DNA of 64,000 bases from Acinetobacter phage nACB2. Both the position numbers and the translations under genes were made by a program. The stretch's first letter is position 1. Every line of letters starts with the position of its first letter. The DNA lies in sequence record OQ032512.1. One strand, given 5' to 3'. This document shows positions 17,760 through 28,039 of this stretch, one piece after another. Under the pieces are notes generated by a model. That model did no database searches. It was not told the DNA's origin and saw only the letters and a list, made by a program, of their open reading frames with translations.

Positions 17760-19100
17760 TCAGATTGATAAGCTCATGAGATCAGACATCATAATGTCAA
17801 CTGGAGTTTTGGACTGTAATTCCTTTTGCTCAGATACAATCTTGTCTAGATTAGCTTGAGTTTTATCAATACGCTCTTGCGTTAAAGATAAAATATCAGA
17901 CTCCAAGAATTTTTTGATGTATGCAGTATTTTCTGTCAAGGTGCCCAACTCCAACTCAATTTCTGGACGCTTTTTCTTCAAAATATCAGGGTTGGCTAAC
18001 CAATATTTGATCATATCCATAAGAGCAGTATACCACTTCAGATTGTCTTCCATTTTTTGAAGCATATGCGTCTTTCGATCTTGTAGATATTTGAAGCGCT
18101 CATTCATCCAAACGTTCATCAATTCTTCAATACTACCAAAGTTTTTCATACGATTATCGTATTCCCAAACTGTAATATTTTCTGTGAATGATTGATTCAT
18201 TTTGAGAATGTTGGCAATCTTTTCAGGCGTTTGTTTTCCAAAATCTCTAGAGTGGTGAATTACAATATGCCAATTACCTTCAGTTGATTCATTATCGAAA
18301 CCAGTAATTTTCTTGGCGTCTAAAAGAGGTAATAACACACGCGTTTTGTATTTCTCAAACTGGAATGAAGAAAATGGCGGAAGGTCTTTGATGATAGTTG
18401 TAGTTTGTCCAGCTCGTTCCAAAAGTCCTTTGATCATGAACTTGTTCTTTTCTAGGCGCTCAACAGTTCCTTTGAAGCCGTTAAAATGAGGAATTAGTAG
18501 ACTTTGGTCAATAATTGCACCCGTGGCCACCTGTTCCATATACTTTTTAACCTTTTTAGGACAGCGCGGAAGAATGTTTGATGAGTAACCTGTACCAATA
18601 CCAAAACCACCATTAATAACAATTAGAGGCATTTTAGGTAGGAAGAATTTAGGCTCAATCAGTTCATCATCAAACAATTGATATTCCACTAAGTTTAAGT
18701 CATCTTGGTCAAACATTTGAGATAACAATTTAGAACGGCGAACGTGAATATAACGCGGACTAGCGGCATCATTATCAATGGCTGTACCAAACTGCCCTTC
18801 TTTTTCCAGTAGAGGATAGTTGTTTGATCCAGCGAAATCTTGAGCAAGACCAACTACAGTATCTACAATTGAATCCTCGCCGTGTTTATAATGAGTTTCA
18901 TTAGATGTAGCTGAACCCAAGTTTGTGACTTTGATGTCAACGCCTTCTTTCAAAGTCTTCAGAACTGTATGAATGATCTTACGTTGAGAAACCTTCATTC
19001 CGTCAACCATAGACGGAATACTGCGCTGACAGTCATAGACAGCATAAGGTAAAAAATCTGTATTGATAAAATCATTTACTTGTTGAAGTTTTGAGTTCAT
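17760..19100 (-). CDS. 52: DNA topoisomerase II medium subunit (GyrA-like, gp52)
   Basis: LPYAVYDCQRSIPSMVDGMKVSQRKIIH corresponds to the GyrA YAMSVI...RALPDVRDGLKPVHRR region. Confidence 0.85.
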   Translation of the reverse strand: MNSKLQQVNDFINTDFLPYAVYDCQRSIPSMVDGMKVSQRKIIHTVLKTLKEGVDIKVTNLGSATSNETHYKHGEDSIVDTVVGLAQDFAGSNNYPLLEKEGQFGTAIDNDAASPRYIHVRRSKLLSQMFDQDDLNLVEYQLFDDELIEPKFFLPKMPLIVINGGFGIGTGYSSNILPRCPKKVKKYMEQVATGAIIDQSLLIPHFNGFKGTVERLEKNKFMIKGLLERAGQTTTIIKDLPPFSSFQFEKYKTRVLLPLLDAKKITGFDNESTEGNWHIVIHHSRDFGKQTPEKIANILKMNQSFTENITVWEYDNRMKNFGSIEELMNVWMNERFKYLQDRKTHMLQKMEDNLKWYTALMDMIKYWLANPDILKKKRPEIELELGTLTENTAYIKKFLESDILSLTQERIDKTQANLDKIVSEQKELQSKTPVDIMMSDLMSLSI

Positions 19101-19102
19101 GT

Positions 19103-19516
19103 TTAGTTTTCCAAGAAATTACGTATTGCTTCAATAAAGGATTGACGCTCGTGATAGCTCATAGTCTTGTATTTTGATTTAACCAATTTCAACTTGTCTA
19201 TCAGTCCATCTTCTATTTTAATCTGTAAGTTGCACAGTTTGTATTTATCAATTTCAGATTGAGAATTTAACTTAAACATCTCAATCTGAATATTGTCGGC
19301 GTACACTCCGCAAGGTCGTTTTGGCACAGAATAACGCCCTGACGGTTGTTCTTCCAATTCAAAAATCTTTCCAATTTTATTATGGTCTGATAGTGTACCA
19401 GAAAAAACTAATGTCTCTCCCTGAAGCGTATTGTTGTCAACTGATTGATATTTGACCAACAATTTACCTCTGCTAAACATCAGACCTTCCAAAACGTACT
19501 TTGCCATTACGTCCAT
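19103..19516 (-). CDS. hypothetical protein
   Basis: 137 aa ORF. Confidence 0.4.
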   Translation of the reverse strand: MDVMAKYVLEGLMFSRGKLLVKYQSVDNNTLQGETLVFSGTLSDHNKIGKIFELEEQPSGRYSVPKRPCGVYADNIQIEMFKLNSQSEIDKYKLCNLQIKIEDGLIDKLKLVKSKYKTMSYHERQSFIEAIRNFLEN

Positions 19517-19857
19517 ACCTCAGTTCTGAAATGGAAATTCAGCTCATATTCCACGATAATTGCCTTTATTAGCAAGCGTTCTACGCTTTCCCGATCATAC
19601 GTCTGTTCAGCGCGGTCAAAGTCGTAAAAATCGTCAATTATACACTGAGGAACATCCCATTCCTTAGTACCTTCTGAAAGAATGTACGCGTGTAATGTGT
19701 CTGGTTTGAGATTGATTGTTTCCGCCTTCAAAAGTTTGAATAGACTTTCTACAATAGGGCTGCGTATCCCTTCCACCAAACGCTCATCAGCATTAGTGAT
19801 ACTGTCTGAAATTTGCTGAATAATGGGGCTGCCCTTTAAAGAACTCCATGTAGCCAT
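19507..19857 (-). CDS. hypothetical protein
   Basis: 116 aa ORF. Confidence 0.4.
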   Translation of the reverse strand: MATWSSLKGSPIIQQISDSITNADERLVEGIRSPIVESLFKLLKAETINLKPDTLHAYILSEGTKEWDVPQCIIDDFYDFDRAEQTYDRESVERLLIKAIIVEYELNFHFRTEVWT

Positions 19858-20163
19858 CTACATCTCCTGGTCATAAGAAGTGAAGGTGTACGAAAAACCT
19901 TTCTCATTTGTAAGATTCAAACCGCTGGTAAACATATCTGCTTGTGAGATAGACGACAGACGAAGATTCTTAGCTGAATACAAATCCTTCAGATGATTCA
20001 TAGAAAAATCTACGTAGGATTGGATCAACCCTTTAGTCAACAGTCTTTGATCAGACTTTATGAAAAAGGTGAATGAGCGCTCCACAGGCTCATTCTTACA
20101 GATACCGTCACCTACAACGACCTCTTGCTCAATTTTACAAGCCAAGATTAGAATTAGCATCAT
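19858..20163 (-). CDS. hypothetical protein
   Basis: 101 aa ORF. Confidence 0.35.
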   Translation of the reverse strand: MMLILILACKIEQEVVVGDGICKNEPVERSFTFFIKSDQRLLTKGLIQSYVDFSMNHLKDLYSAKNLRLSSISQADMFTSGLNLTNEKGFSYTFTSYDQEM

Positions 20164-20498
20164 TCTTCGTCTTCCTGATCTTGGGCGTGGATAAATGGTA
20201 GAGACAAATTATCTACTAATAACAAGCGCTTGGTGTTAGCAAAATCAGAGAAATTTTGTACTTCGGTCACTTTGGACATAGAATTTACAAAGAAAGTCAA
20301 GACTGTTTTATCGCTGCACTGGTCTAGATGCTTACGGCGGTCTTGAACCATTGTTTCTGCGATCTGGTCAATCAACTTCTTGTTCAGGTCTACGCCAGAA
20401 TCCACTCCAATATAATGGGTGGAATTTACTGTCACTTCGCCAATATATTCTGGGTGACGATATTTAATGGCTAAAGCCAAACACATTACGTTAATCAT
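20160..20498 (-). CDS. hypothetical protein
   Basis: 112 aa ORF. Confidence 0.4.
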   Translation of the reverse strand: MINVMCLALAIKYRHPEYIGEVTVNSTHYIGVDSGVDLNKKLIDQIAETMVQDRRKHLDQCSDKTVLTFFVNSMSKVTEVQNFSDFANTKRLLLVDNLSLPFIHAQDQEDEE

Positions 20499-20818
20499 TC
20501 AAATAAATCCTTACGCTCTCCTAAGCGGATATTACAGTTAATTGGAAGGCGCTCAGGCGTTCTGAAGTATTCTGGAACTGTACCAGCGCTCCATAAATTA
20601 TTTGTCACAATACGTTTTCCATCTAACTTTTCAATGATGAAAACTCGACCTGCATGACCTAGATATTTGGTCTCGTTTGGTTTACAACCGCCATCAGAAT
20701 AGCAACCGTAATTTTCATCAACTAATGTCTTTGGATCACCGATCATTGATTTCCAATGATGGCATAACCAACACTTTTCGTGCGGGCAATTTTCGTAATC
20801 GTGATTTTCAATATCCAT
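20495..20818 (-). CDS. cysteine/histidine-rich small protein (putative Zn-binding)
   Basis: CPHEKCWLCHHWK...CYSDGGCKP. Confidence 0.4.
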   Translation of the reverse strand: MDIENHDYENCPHEKCWLCHHWKSMIGDPKTLVDENYGCYSDGGCKPNETKYLGHAGRVFIIEKLDGKRIVTNNLWSAGTVPEYFRTPERLPINCNIRLGERKDLFE

Positions 20819-20843
20819 AAAACTTCTCCAAAATAGAATTATA

Positions 20844-21272
20844 CTACGGACTGATGAATAATTCCGGATTCAATTCGAGTTCATCTTTGAAATACCAATT
20901 TCCATCTTTAGGTTTAAACTTTCGAATGAAAACAGGTAACCAACGAGTATAAACAGCGCCCATATCATCCTCATATACTACCATATGAGGATAGTTCAAG
21001 GTTGTATTATTAGCTAGGGCAATGATCTTATAAGGTTTGTCTTTTCCAATATGAATCACATCTTGACCAGAATGAATGTTGTAATTCTGGAAATTGGCTG
21101 GAAAGCCCTTCTGATCCACTGTTACCCATCCGCAACCTTCGCAAAGGTCGTTATACACCAAGAAATTGAAGTCAATCTCAGAGTCGTCCATTTCTGGTTC
21201 TCTGTTGAGATCATTCATCTCGGGTTCAATGTGTAGGTGCTTAACGGCGCAGCATGCACAAAAATCAGCCAT
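20844..21272 (-). CDS. hypothetical protein with an N-terminal Cys cluster
   Basis: MADFCACCAVKH...CEGCGW. Confidence 0.4.
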   Translation of the reverse strand: MADFCACCAVKHLHIEPEMNDLNREPEMDDSEIDFNFLVYNDLCEGCGWVTVDQKGFPANFQNYNIHSGQDVIHIGKDKPYKIIALANNTTLNYPHMVVYEDDMGAVYTRWLPVFIRKFKPKDGNWYFKDELELNPELFISP

Positions 21273-21274
21273 TG

Positions 21275-22075
21275 TTACTTCTCCAATTTCAAAGACAATT
21301 TATATTCTTTTCCAATTTTTTCTGAAAGCCCTTTGAGGCGTTCATCCAGATTTTTGGAAATAAACTCTTCAAGATTAGTTTTTGCCGCCTGAAGATCATT
21401 TTCAACATCAGAAATATCTTCTGGGTCTAGACTACCTTTATATTCATCTGCTCTGACACAGGATTCATAATTTTTCAAAATGATGTCAAATTCAGAAGTC
21501 AATTGTATCTTTAGTTCTCCAGCTTCAGTTCCAAAATCCATAACGACAACAGATGGTTTGAAATAGTGAGCGCCCACTACCTTAGCCCCCTTCTTTGTAA
21601 AGGTGTTATGAAGTGGAATGTATGAAGATGTCCAATGTGGTTTCTTCTCGTACGGCGCACACCACATCAAAGCATGTAAGCCTTGCTCTCCTTCTTTAAT
21701 GGTATACAGAATGTCATCGTAGATATAATTGAAGCCTTTGGTCAAATCAACTTCATAGAAATGGTCTTTGGCGTATTCTTTATCAATTACAAGACTACCC
21801 GCAGAACCAATTTTCATAGCTAACAGGTCTTTCCCTGCGCGCATCAATACGCTTCCAAAACGTCCACGTACAATAGCATCTACCTCTGGATTGAATTCTG
21901 GAAGCGGAATTTGATTGAACGCGTGGCTCACTGTTGAATCCGTAGCTTTGATTACATCACGAAAAACAGTTTGTGTATACTGACGAGAATTTGGATTGAA
22001 TTCAACAGCCAAGAGAATTTCATATGGATCGGTTTTGTTTACAAGTACTTTAGAAAAAGAATCAATGGTATACAT
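21275..22075 (-). CDS. hypothetical protein (266 aa)
   Basis: ORF. Confidence 0.45.
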   Translation of the reverse strand: MYTIDSFSKVLVNKTDPYEILLAVEFNPNSRQYTQTVFRDVIKATDSTVSHAFNQIPLPEFNPEVDAIVRGRFGSVLMRAGKDLLAMKIGSAGSLVIDKEYAKDHFYEVDLTKGFNYIYDDILYTIKEGEQGLHALMWCAPYEKKPHWTSSYIPLHNTFTKKGAKVVGAHYFKPSVVVMDFGTEAGELKIQLTSEFDIILKNYESCVRADEYKGSLDPEDISDVENDLQAAKTNLEEFISKNLDERLKGLSEKIGKEYKLSLKLEK

Positions 22076-22187
22076 TTTGTAACTCCGTTGAGTTGATAGT
22101 AAAATCTCAGATAAACTGAGTTATCTGAGACCAAGTATAATATATTATTGTGTACAAGTAAAGGATTATTCCTAAAATTAATTCTTT

Positions 22188-22406
22188 TCAAATGTTCATC
22201 AATAATGTATGGAATCTAGGCGTTGTATCTTTAAAATAAGAATGAACGGTATACGATTTGTAATACACGCCTTTCACCACCTGTACACCTTTGGGTTTAA
22301 TTGATAACTTTCGATTATGAAGAAACTTCTTGACATCACTAGGTTTTTCAAAATTACGATGCACATGGTTTTTCTTTTCATCAATAGTGATTACAAGCAT
22401 GATCAT
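22188..22406 (-). CDS. hypothetical small basic protein
   Basis: 72 aa ORF. Confidence 0.3.
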   Translation of the reverse strand: MIMLVITIDEKKNHVHRNFEKPSDVKKFLHNRKLSIKPKGVQVVKGVYYKSYTVHSYFKDTTPRFHTLLMNI

Positions 22407-22411
22407 TACTC

Positions 22412-22948
22412 TCAGATAAGTCCACTGTTTTTATTAAGTAGTGTTAGAAGTTCTTTATGAACCTGAATTAACAGTTTTGCGTCAGATAGTGCTGTATGTA
22501 ATTGCTCACTACTGTAGTCTATCCCAAGGCGCTCGATGACGTTTAACAGTTTGTTCTTTTCGCCAGGAAATACGGACTTTGCAAGCCCTAATACATCTAT
22601 TTGATTGTGTATATTAAATGGCCCAAAACCTCTAGAATTAAATTCATGCTTCAGAAATTTGACATCAAAGGGTGCATTATAAGCAATTAGATTATCAGCC
22701 TGTTTTATGAAATGCTTCAAGTCTTTAGAAATATCTGAGAAAACTGGTGCATTTTTCAATTGTTCGTCAGTGTGGCCGTGAATGGTAGCTGAGAACCCAA
22801 CAGGACGTTCAGGATTTACCAAAGTATGAAACGTATCAACGATTTCAAAATCTACCGTTAAAATGCAACATACCTCAACTATTCTGTCGCCTTTGAAGGG
22901 GTTGAGACCAGTGGTCTCAGTATCTGTGTAACAGCTGATTAAGCTCAT
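22412..22948 (-). CDS. DEDDh-family 3'-5' exonuclease (DnaQ/DexA-like)
   Basis: Exo motifs CYTDTETTGL (Exo I), AYNAPFDVKFL (Exo II) and HTALSDAKL (Exo III, H-x4-D). Confidence 0.7.
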   Translation of the reverse strand: MSLISCYTDTETTGLNPFKGDRIVEVCCILTVDFEIVDTFHTLVNPERPVGFSATIHGHTDEQLKNAPVFSDISKDLKHFIKQADNLIAYNAPFDVKFLKHEFNSRGFGPFNIHNQIDVLGLAKSVFPGEKNKLLNVIERLGIDYSSEQLHTALSDAKLLIQVHKELLTLLNKNSGLI

Positions 22949-22961
22949 ATTGTTTCCAAAT

Positions 22962-22986
22962 AAAAGGGGCTTTTATAAGCCCCTAT
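22962..22986. terminator. GGGGCTT-ttat-AAGCCCC hairpin
   Basis: aaaaggggcttttataagcccctatta. Confidence 0.45.
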
Positions 22987-23173
22987 TATAATATCATTTA
23001 TACTCTGTAGCGTTCTTTCAATATCACACGCACTAGATTATTTTGCGTTGTATGAATTACTCTTATTACAACATACATTCTAGACCGCATGATCACGTTT
23101 TCACCAATTCTAGGAACAAACGCAGCACTTTGATTCTCTTCTCTAATATCTGAATCTTCGTCTTCATAACGTA

Positions 23174-25021
23174 TCATGCTACGCCAACCCAAGTCTTACG
23201 ATCATCAGCCATAGTAGGGTCAAAGACAAGATTCAATAAACCATCATCCCGATCTTCTTCATAGTTTACTGTCACAAAACAAGCTGGGTCTACCAAGAAT
23301 GATTGGATCTTCTCGCTGCTATGTGAACCTAGACCTTTACAATATTTAGTTTTGGCTGACGGTTTGTCTTCAATGAATTTGAAATACGTTTCATCGTCAT
23401 AGAAATCGTACTCTTTATTCTTGTACGTGACAACGCGGTTAGGTGTATTGAAGAATTGAACGCGCCCTGCTTTCAATAGCTCTGGGAAGAACTTTTTGAA
23501 AAACAATACCAACAGACCTCGAATATGCATCCCATCCAAGTCAAAGTCTGTCGCAATAACAACCTTTTGATAACGCATATCGCTGAAATCATCTTGCCCC
23601 AGCTTGAGATTCAAGATACTCATAACATAGAGAATCTCTTGACTCAAAACAGCCTTCACTTCTTTAGCGAAACAGTTTTCAGGCTTTCCGCGCAATGGAA
23701 ATAGACCATGTACCTTTGGATTCGAAGCAGCACCCAAAGGCTTCAATGCTGAGTCACCTTCCGTTAGGAATAGAATACAGTCTTCGCGTTGTTTAGATGT
23801 TGCTGGGCGATATTTTGGAATATCGTAGAATCCGTTTTTACGTACAGCTTTCGCTTGTTCTTCAATGGATCTTGCATCTTCCAGCTCCTTCTTGCGTTTA
23901 GCCCATTCAATGATAGATTCAATCATTGGAGACGCTAGAAGAGCCTTCAGCTGCTTATCAGAAATTTTGAACTGACTTCCAAACTGGTTCGGCGCTGTAA
24001 TCAATTTTTCTTTAGTTTGAGAATTGTAGCGTGGGTTATTGATTTTACAATCAATGAACAAGCGCAAATTGTTTTTGATGTCAGATGGTCGGATCTGCTG
24101 CTTTGTCTTTTTCTCAATATGAGATCGCACTGCTTCAACAATCTTTTCACTGACGTAATCAACATGCGTCCCGCCGTCAAATGAAGCTGTTGAGTTCACG
24201 TAAGAGATATGTTGGAAACCAGTCTTTGAAAGCCCTACTGCTACATTCCAACGGTCTTGAGAAATATCTACAGTGGATTTATCAAATGAATTAACAAACG
24301 TTTCAAAATTGTTTATGTTGATCAATTTAGTGTTGAACCAAACCTTCAAATGCGGATTGGTGAAAGCAATTTCATAACAACGGCGTTCTAGAAGTAGTAA
24401 GGTGTCTTCATCAAAGTAAGCGTTGAGAATCTTCAAGTCGGGCTTGTATGTAATGGTTGTACCGTTTTCAGAAACAATATCACAAATTTCAGGAGTAGAA
24501 CGCTCCGTCATATGATTTTTGAATACTTGTTCAAACATTTTACCGTTATGGATAGTTTGTACTTTGAACATTTCGCTGAAGATGTTTACTAAAGAAGCGC
24601 CTTCGCCATTCTGACCTGTAGATAAAGAGTCTTCGTTGTCATCAAAGTTGGAACCAGAACGTAGTTCACCAAAGATCATTTCAGGAATATATTGACCGTA
24701 CTCTGGATGAAGAACAACTGGAATGCCGCCGTTATCAGTTACAATAATGAGACCTGTTTCTGGTTGAACCTGTACGTCAATTTCTGTAAGATTCTTTCCT
24801 TCTGGAGTACGAGAATGGTCAGCTGAGTTAGAAATAATCTCATCGAACAACTTATGAAAAGCAGGTGATGATGTCAATGTTCCTTCAGCAACTACTCCAT
24901 CTCGAAAGAACCATGTGTTTGCAACTACTGGATTGATTGAACCTACATAACGTCCAGGACGCGCTAACACATGTTCAACTTCACTTAATTTGCGGTACTT
25001 CGCCCATTCTTGGTTACTCAT
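23174..25021 (-). CDS. 39: DNA topoisomerase II large subunit, GyrB-like ATPase plus Toprim (gp39 with gp60 region fused; 615 aa)
   Basis: N-terminus LSEVEHVLARPGRYVGS and the GHKL N-box EIISNSADH. At 615 aa it is about the size of T4 gp39 plus gp60, implying no intervening gene-60-style split. Confidence 0.85.
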   Translation of the reverse strand: MSNQEWAKYRKLSEVEHVLARPGRYVGSINPVVANTWFFRDGVVAEGTLTSSPAFHKLFDEIISNSADHSRTPEGKNLTEIDVQVQPETGLIIVTDNGGIPVVLHPEYGQYIPEMIFGELRSGSNFDDNEDSLSTGQNGEGASLVNIFSEMFKVQTIHNGKMFEQVFKNHMTERSTPEICDIVSENGTTITYKPDLKILNAYFDEDTLLLLERRCYEIAFTNPHLKVWFNTKLININNFETFVNSFDKSTVDISQDRWNVAVGLSKTGFQHISYVNSTASFDGGTHVDYVSEKIVEAVRSHIEKKTKQQIRPSDIKNNLRLFIDCKINNPRYNSQTKEKLITAPNQFGSQFKISDKQLKALLASPMIESIIEWAKRKKELEDARSIEEQAKAVRKNGFYDIPKYRPATSKQREDCILFLTEGDSALKPLGAASNPKVHGLFPLRGKPENCFAKEVKAVLSQEILYVMSILNLKLGQDDFSDMRYQKVVIATDFDLDGMHIRGLLVLFFKKFFPELLKAGRVQFFNTPNRVVTYKNKEYDFYDDETYFKFIEDKPSAKTKYCKGLGSHSSEKIQSFLVDPACFVTVNYEEDRDDGLLNLVFDPTMADDRKTWVGVA

Positions 25022-25175
25022 TATCAGTAAACTCCGATGTTTCTACTTTAGACGGTTTATATTTGAATTCATCAATATTAATGTGAGGAATCTCTTTGCG
25101 CTCGCATGAAATGCTTTCTTGAATGAAGACCTGATTGAAAAGGTCTTCCGTTCTGGGGTCGAATGATAACTGCAT

Positions 25176-25823
25176 TTATTTTGTCTGCAGAAAAATCAAT
25201 TTACCTTGAATTAAATGTAGGTAATTTGAAATAGAAAAAAGCTCGTTGTTGTTTCGATCAATTTCAACCCGCAGCATCTCATTACGCGCCTGTATATCAC
25301 TGATGCGCTGGTTAGCATCACTGATAAAGTTAATCACTTCATCAAGTTCTGGCATATCTGTATTACGCGCAGTTTGCTCTTGTGATGCAATTGGTTCAAT
25401 AACTTCTTTGACTTCCTGAACTTCTGGGCCAAGTTCTTCATCAATGTGTTCTTTAAAGTCTTCAGGAACTTTTATGTCTTCAACAACGCGAAAAGAGTCT
25501 AGAACAGATACGTCACAGGTGCGACCAATTTCAAAGTTGGCGTTAGGTGTCATCTTTAAACCGTGTGTATACTTTCCCATTAGCCCTAGACTTTTACGTC
25601 CATCTGCACTTGTCGTTAACATAGTATTGGCAAATGAACCACCAAGTTTCTTAACGCTCTTCTTCAAGGCTGCTAATGCCGAAGGAGAGATAAATACATG
25701 GTCAGATGAAATTACAATACCCATCTGACCTGTTCCGCTCGGGTTATTTAGAAAATGACCGTTTTCAATATCAGATTTAGCTCCCACGCAACCGCGATAT
25801 TCGAAGATTTCTACTGTACGCAT
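25176..25823 (-). CDS. hypothetical protein (215 aa) with an acidic linker and a C-terminal coiled-coil
   Basis: ORF. Confidence 0.4.
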   Translation of the reverse strand: MRTVEIFEYRGCVGAKSDIENGHFLNNPSGTGQMGIVISSDHVFISPSALAALKKSVKKLGGSFANTMLTTSADGRKSLGLMGKYTHGLKMTPNANFEIGRTCDVSVLDSFRVVEDIKVPEDFKEHIDEELGPEVQEVKEVIEPIASQEQTARNTDMPELDEVINFISDANQRISDIQARNEMLRVEIDRNNNELFSISNYLHLIQGKLIFLQTK

Positions 25824-25892
25824 TAAAAAGCCCCTAGGCAGTTATTATATGTCAGGGGCTATTATAATGTATTTTATGTTATTCCATAAAAA

Positions 25893-27377
25893 TCAAATAT
25901 CAACCTTAATGGTTTTGATTGTTTGTCCCTCTTCCCTGTATATATCTAAACGCTCGGCAGCCCATTCCATTGTTCTATTTCTACGCCCGTCAAACTTCAT
26001 TTCATCTATCAAGTCGTAAATGAACGCAATGTCTTTAGAGTCGTGAATACGCAACATACGCCCTATTGATTGCTGAATTCTGATATTTGACTTACTTGGG
26101 AATGCAAATACTAAATTGTGCAGCTTCTTGATAGAGATACCTGTAGACGTTGTTCCATATGACGCTAAGAGAATGACGTCATCATGCGTTTCCATGTAGC
26201 GCTTGATTTCTTCTCTTTCTTCAACTGAAATTTCGCCGTGAATAACAAAGGGCTTCAAACCTGCTTTGATCATCTCTTCTTTAACAACTTCTAGGTGTGT
26301 CTCAATATTGTTAAACAAAAACAATGAGTTACCTTTGAGTTTGCGCCCTAGATTTACTAGAATTTTATTTCTTGGTTCATATCCACATATGATTTTAGTT
26401 TCCTTCTCCAAAGTACAGTCATTACGCCATTTGCGTCTTTGTTCTGTTGGATAAGACATTACGATCATATTAACAACTGTTTTAGTGGCTAAACCTCTGT
26501 CTTGCAGTTGTTTTGTAGTTACTAGGCGCTTAGAATCTCCAAAAATCTTACAAACTCTGATCTTATGATTTGGGTCATTTCTTCTGAGTGTACCTGTTAA
26601 GCCTACGCGCTGCCAACAGTTGATACAAGATGAGCTGATATAATCTAGGCTTTCTGAGCTGAATGTATGAGCTTCATCCCCCATTAAGAAATTGAACGGT
26701 TGGAAAAATTCTCTGTCTTGATTCTTTAGAGTCTGCCACGTACAAATTACAATTCTTTTTCTTGTATATGGACTTACGCCGTCACCAGCTACGTGAACAA
26801 ACGCATCTGTATCCCAGCCGTTGAGTTGAGAATAGTCCTTGAAGTCTTTATATAACTGTTGAGTCAACTGAAGGGTTGGGACAACAATAAGAATCTTAGC
26901 CTCATCAGCCATCATATCGAGCCAAAATCTGGATTTCATGTATTGCATCAAAGATTTACCAGCTGATGTAGCTGCCAGAGCAAGGTATCTCGTATACTTC
27001 ACGCTGTAGTAAAGCGCTTCAACTTGGTAGTCGTAAGGCTTGATGGGATTGCCGCCAGATGAAACATTGAGATTATCAACCCATTCCTGAATGTCTTCTC
27101 GGCTGATATCTCTGACTAGATTCTTCAATAACGGTTCGATGTCTACTTTGTCTTCGTAATCTTTACAAAGTTTCAGCATCATGGAAAGCAAGCCTGAAGG
27201 GAATGTACCATTCTTTTTATTGAACATACGTACAGTTCCATCCCACTTTGTCCAAGCATTGCGCTCGAAAGTGGGGTCTTGATATCTCAAAGTATCATAA
27301 GCTGCTTGCCATAGGCTATCATTGTCCGTTTCCAAGAACAAGGTACTAGCGTTCACTACACCAACAAAAGCAGCCAT
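25893..27377 (-). CDS. uvsW: SF2 DNA helicase (UvsW-like)
   Basis: Walker A is LALAATSAGKS, the DEAH box is FLMGDEAH, and helicase motif VI QSIGRMLR is C-terminal. At 494 aa it is similar in size to T4 UvsW. Confidence 0.75.
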   Translation of the reverse strand: MAAFVGVVNASTLFLETDNDSLWQAAYDTLRYQDPTFERNAWTKWDGTVRMFNKKNGTFPSGLLSMMLKLCKDYEDKVDIEPLLKNLVRDISREDIQEWVDNLNVSSGGNPIKPYDYQVEALYYSVKYTRYLALAATSAGKSLMQYMKSRFWLDMMADEAKILIVVPTLQLTQQLYKDFKDYSQLNGWDTDAFVHVAGDGVSPYTRKRIVICTWQTLKNQDREFFQPFNFLMGDEAHTFSSESLDYISSSCINCWQRVGLTGTLRRNDPNHKIRVCKIFGDSKRLVTTKQLQDRGLATKTVVNMIVMSYPTEQRRKWRNDCTLEKETKIICGYEPRNKILVNLGRKLKGNSLFLFNNIETHLEVVKEEMIKAGLKPFVIHGEISVEEREEIKRYMETHDDVILLASYGTTSTGISIKKLHNLVFAFPSKSNIRIQQSIGRMLRIHDSKDIAFIYDLIDEMKFDGRRNRTMEWAAERLDIYREEGQTIKTIKVDI

Positions 27378-27413
27378 AAGAATCTTCCATAGATATCAAT
27401 TATGTACTTACCA

Positions 27414-27719
27414 TCATAATTCCCAATATAATATAGCTTTCTTAATCACGTTCCCGTGACATTGTTTCGGGCTACAGAAGCATTGTAGGTTCAAATCGCC
27501 TTCCGAGCTTATACCTTTAAGGCGTTTCAAATCATTTATGATTTTTCTATTTCCTTGGTTCACTTGATTTTTAAGCCATTCTTCGTATTGATCAATGACT
27601 CTTTTACGACTAACTTCGCCATTTAGCGGAAATGGATTCCCCAGAATAGTTGGACGTCCAATATAAACTGTCGTTCCAGAATACACTTGGGTATCACTTT
27701 TGTTTATTATGCGTATCAT
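27414..27719 (-). CDS. DUF4326-like small protein (CxC...CHG motif)
   Basis: C-terminus LQCFCSPKQCHGNVIKKAI matches the two conserved motifs (CHC-like and HG) of DUF4326. Confidence 0.45.
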   Translation of the reverse strand: MIRIINKSDTQVYSGTTVYIGRPTILGNPFPLNGEVSRKRVIDQYEEWLKNQVNQGNRKIINDLKRLKGISSEGDLNLQCFCSPKQCHGNVIKKAILYWEL

Positions 27720-28039
27720 AATTCAGACTCATCTAAAGTTGAAAGAATCATCTGCTGACTTTGTTTCTGTCCTTTACGTCCATTTGTAATAGCGTTCTGC
27801 TTAGCTACGGAATGTCTAAATGCGCGTCGGCGGTCTTTTTCAGCCTGTTTTGCCGCTCGCTTTTCAGCCTGTCGAGTAGTGCGTCCATCTGGAGACTGAG
27901 ATAAGAAATTTGGTTCAAATCCAGTTTCCGGAATACTAATTTTTCTAGCTGGAGACGCTTCAACAGCTTGCATTTGACCAGCTACAGCCATAAGCATACC
28001 AATATTTGAAAGTCTTTTACCAATCATGACATAATCCAC
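27716..28039 (-). CDS. hypothetical protein
   Basis: 107 aa ORF with a hydrophobic N-terminus. Confidence 0.35.
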   Translation of the reverse strand: MDYVMIGKRLSNIGMLMAVAGQMQAVEASPARKISIPETGFEPNFLSQSPDGRTTRQAEKRAAKQAEKDRRRAFRHSVAKQNAITNGRKGQKQSQQMILSTLDESEL

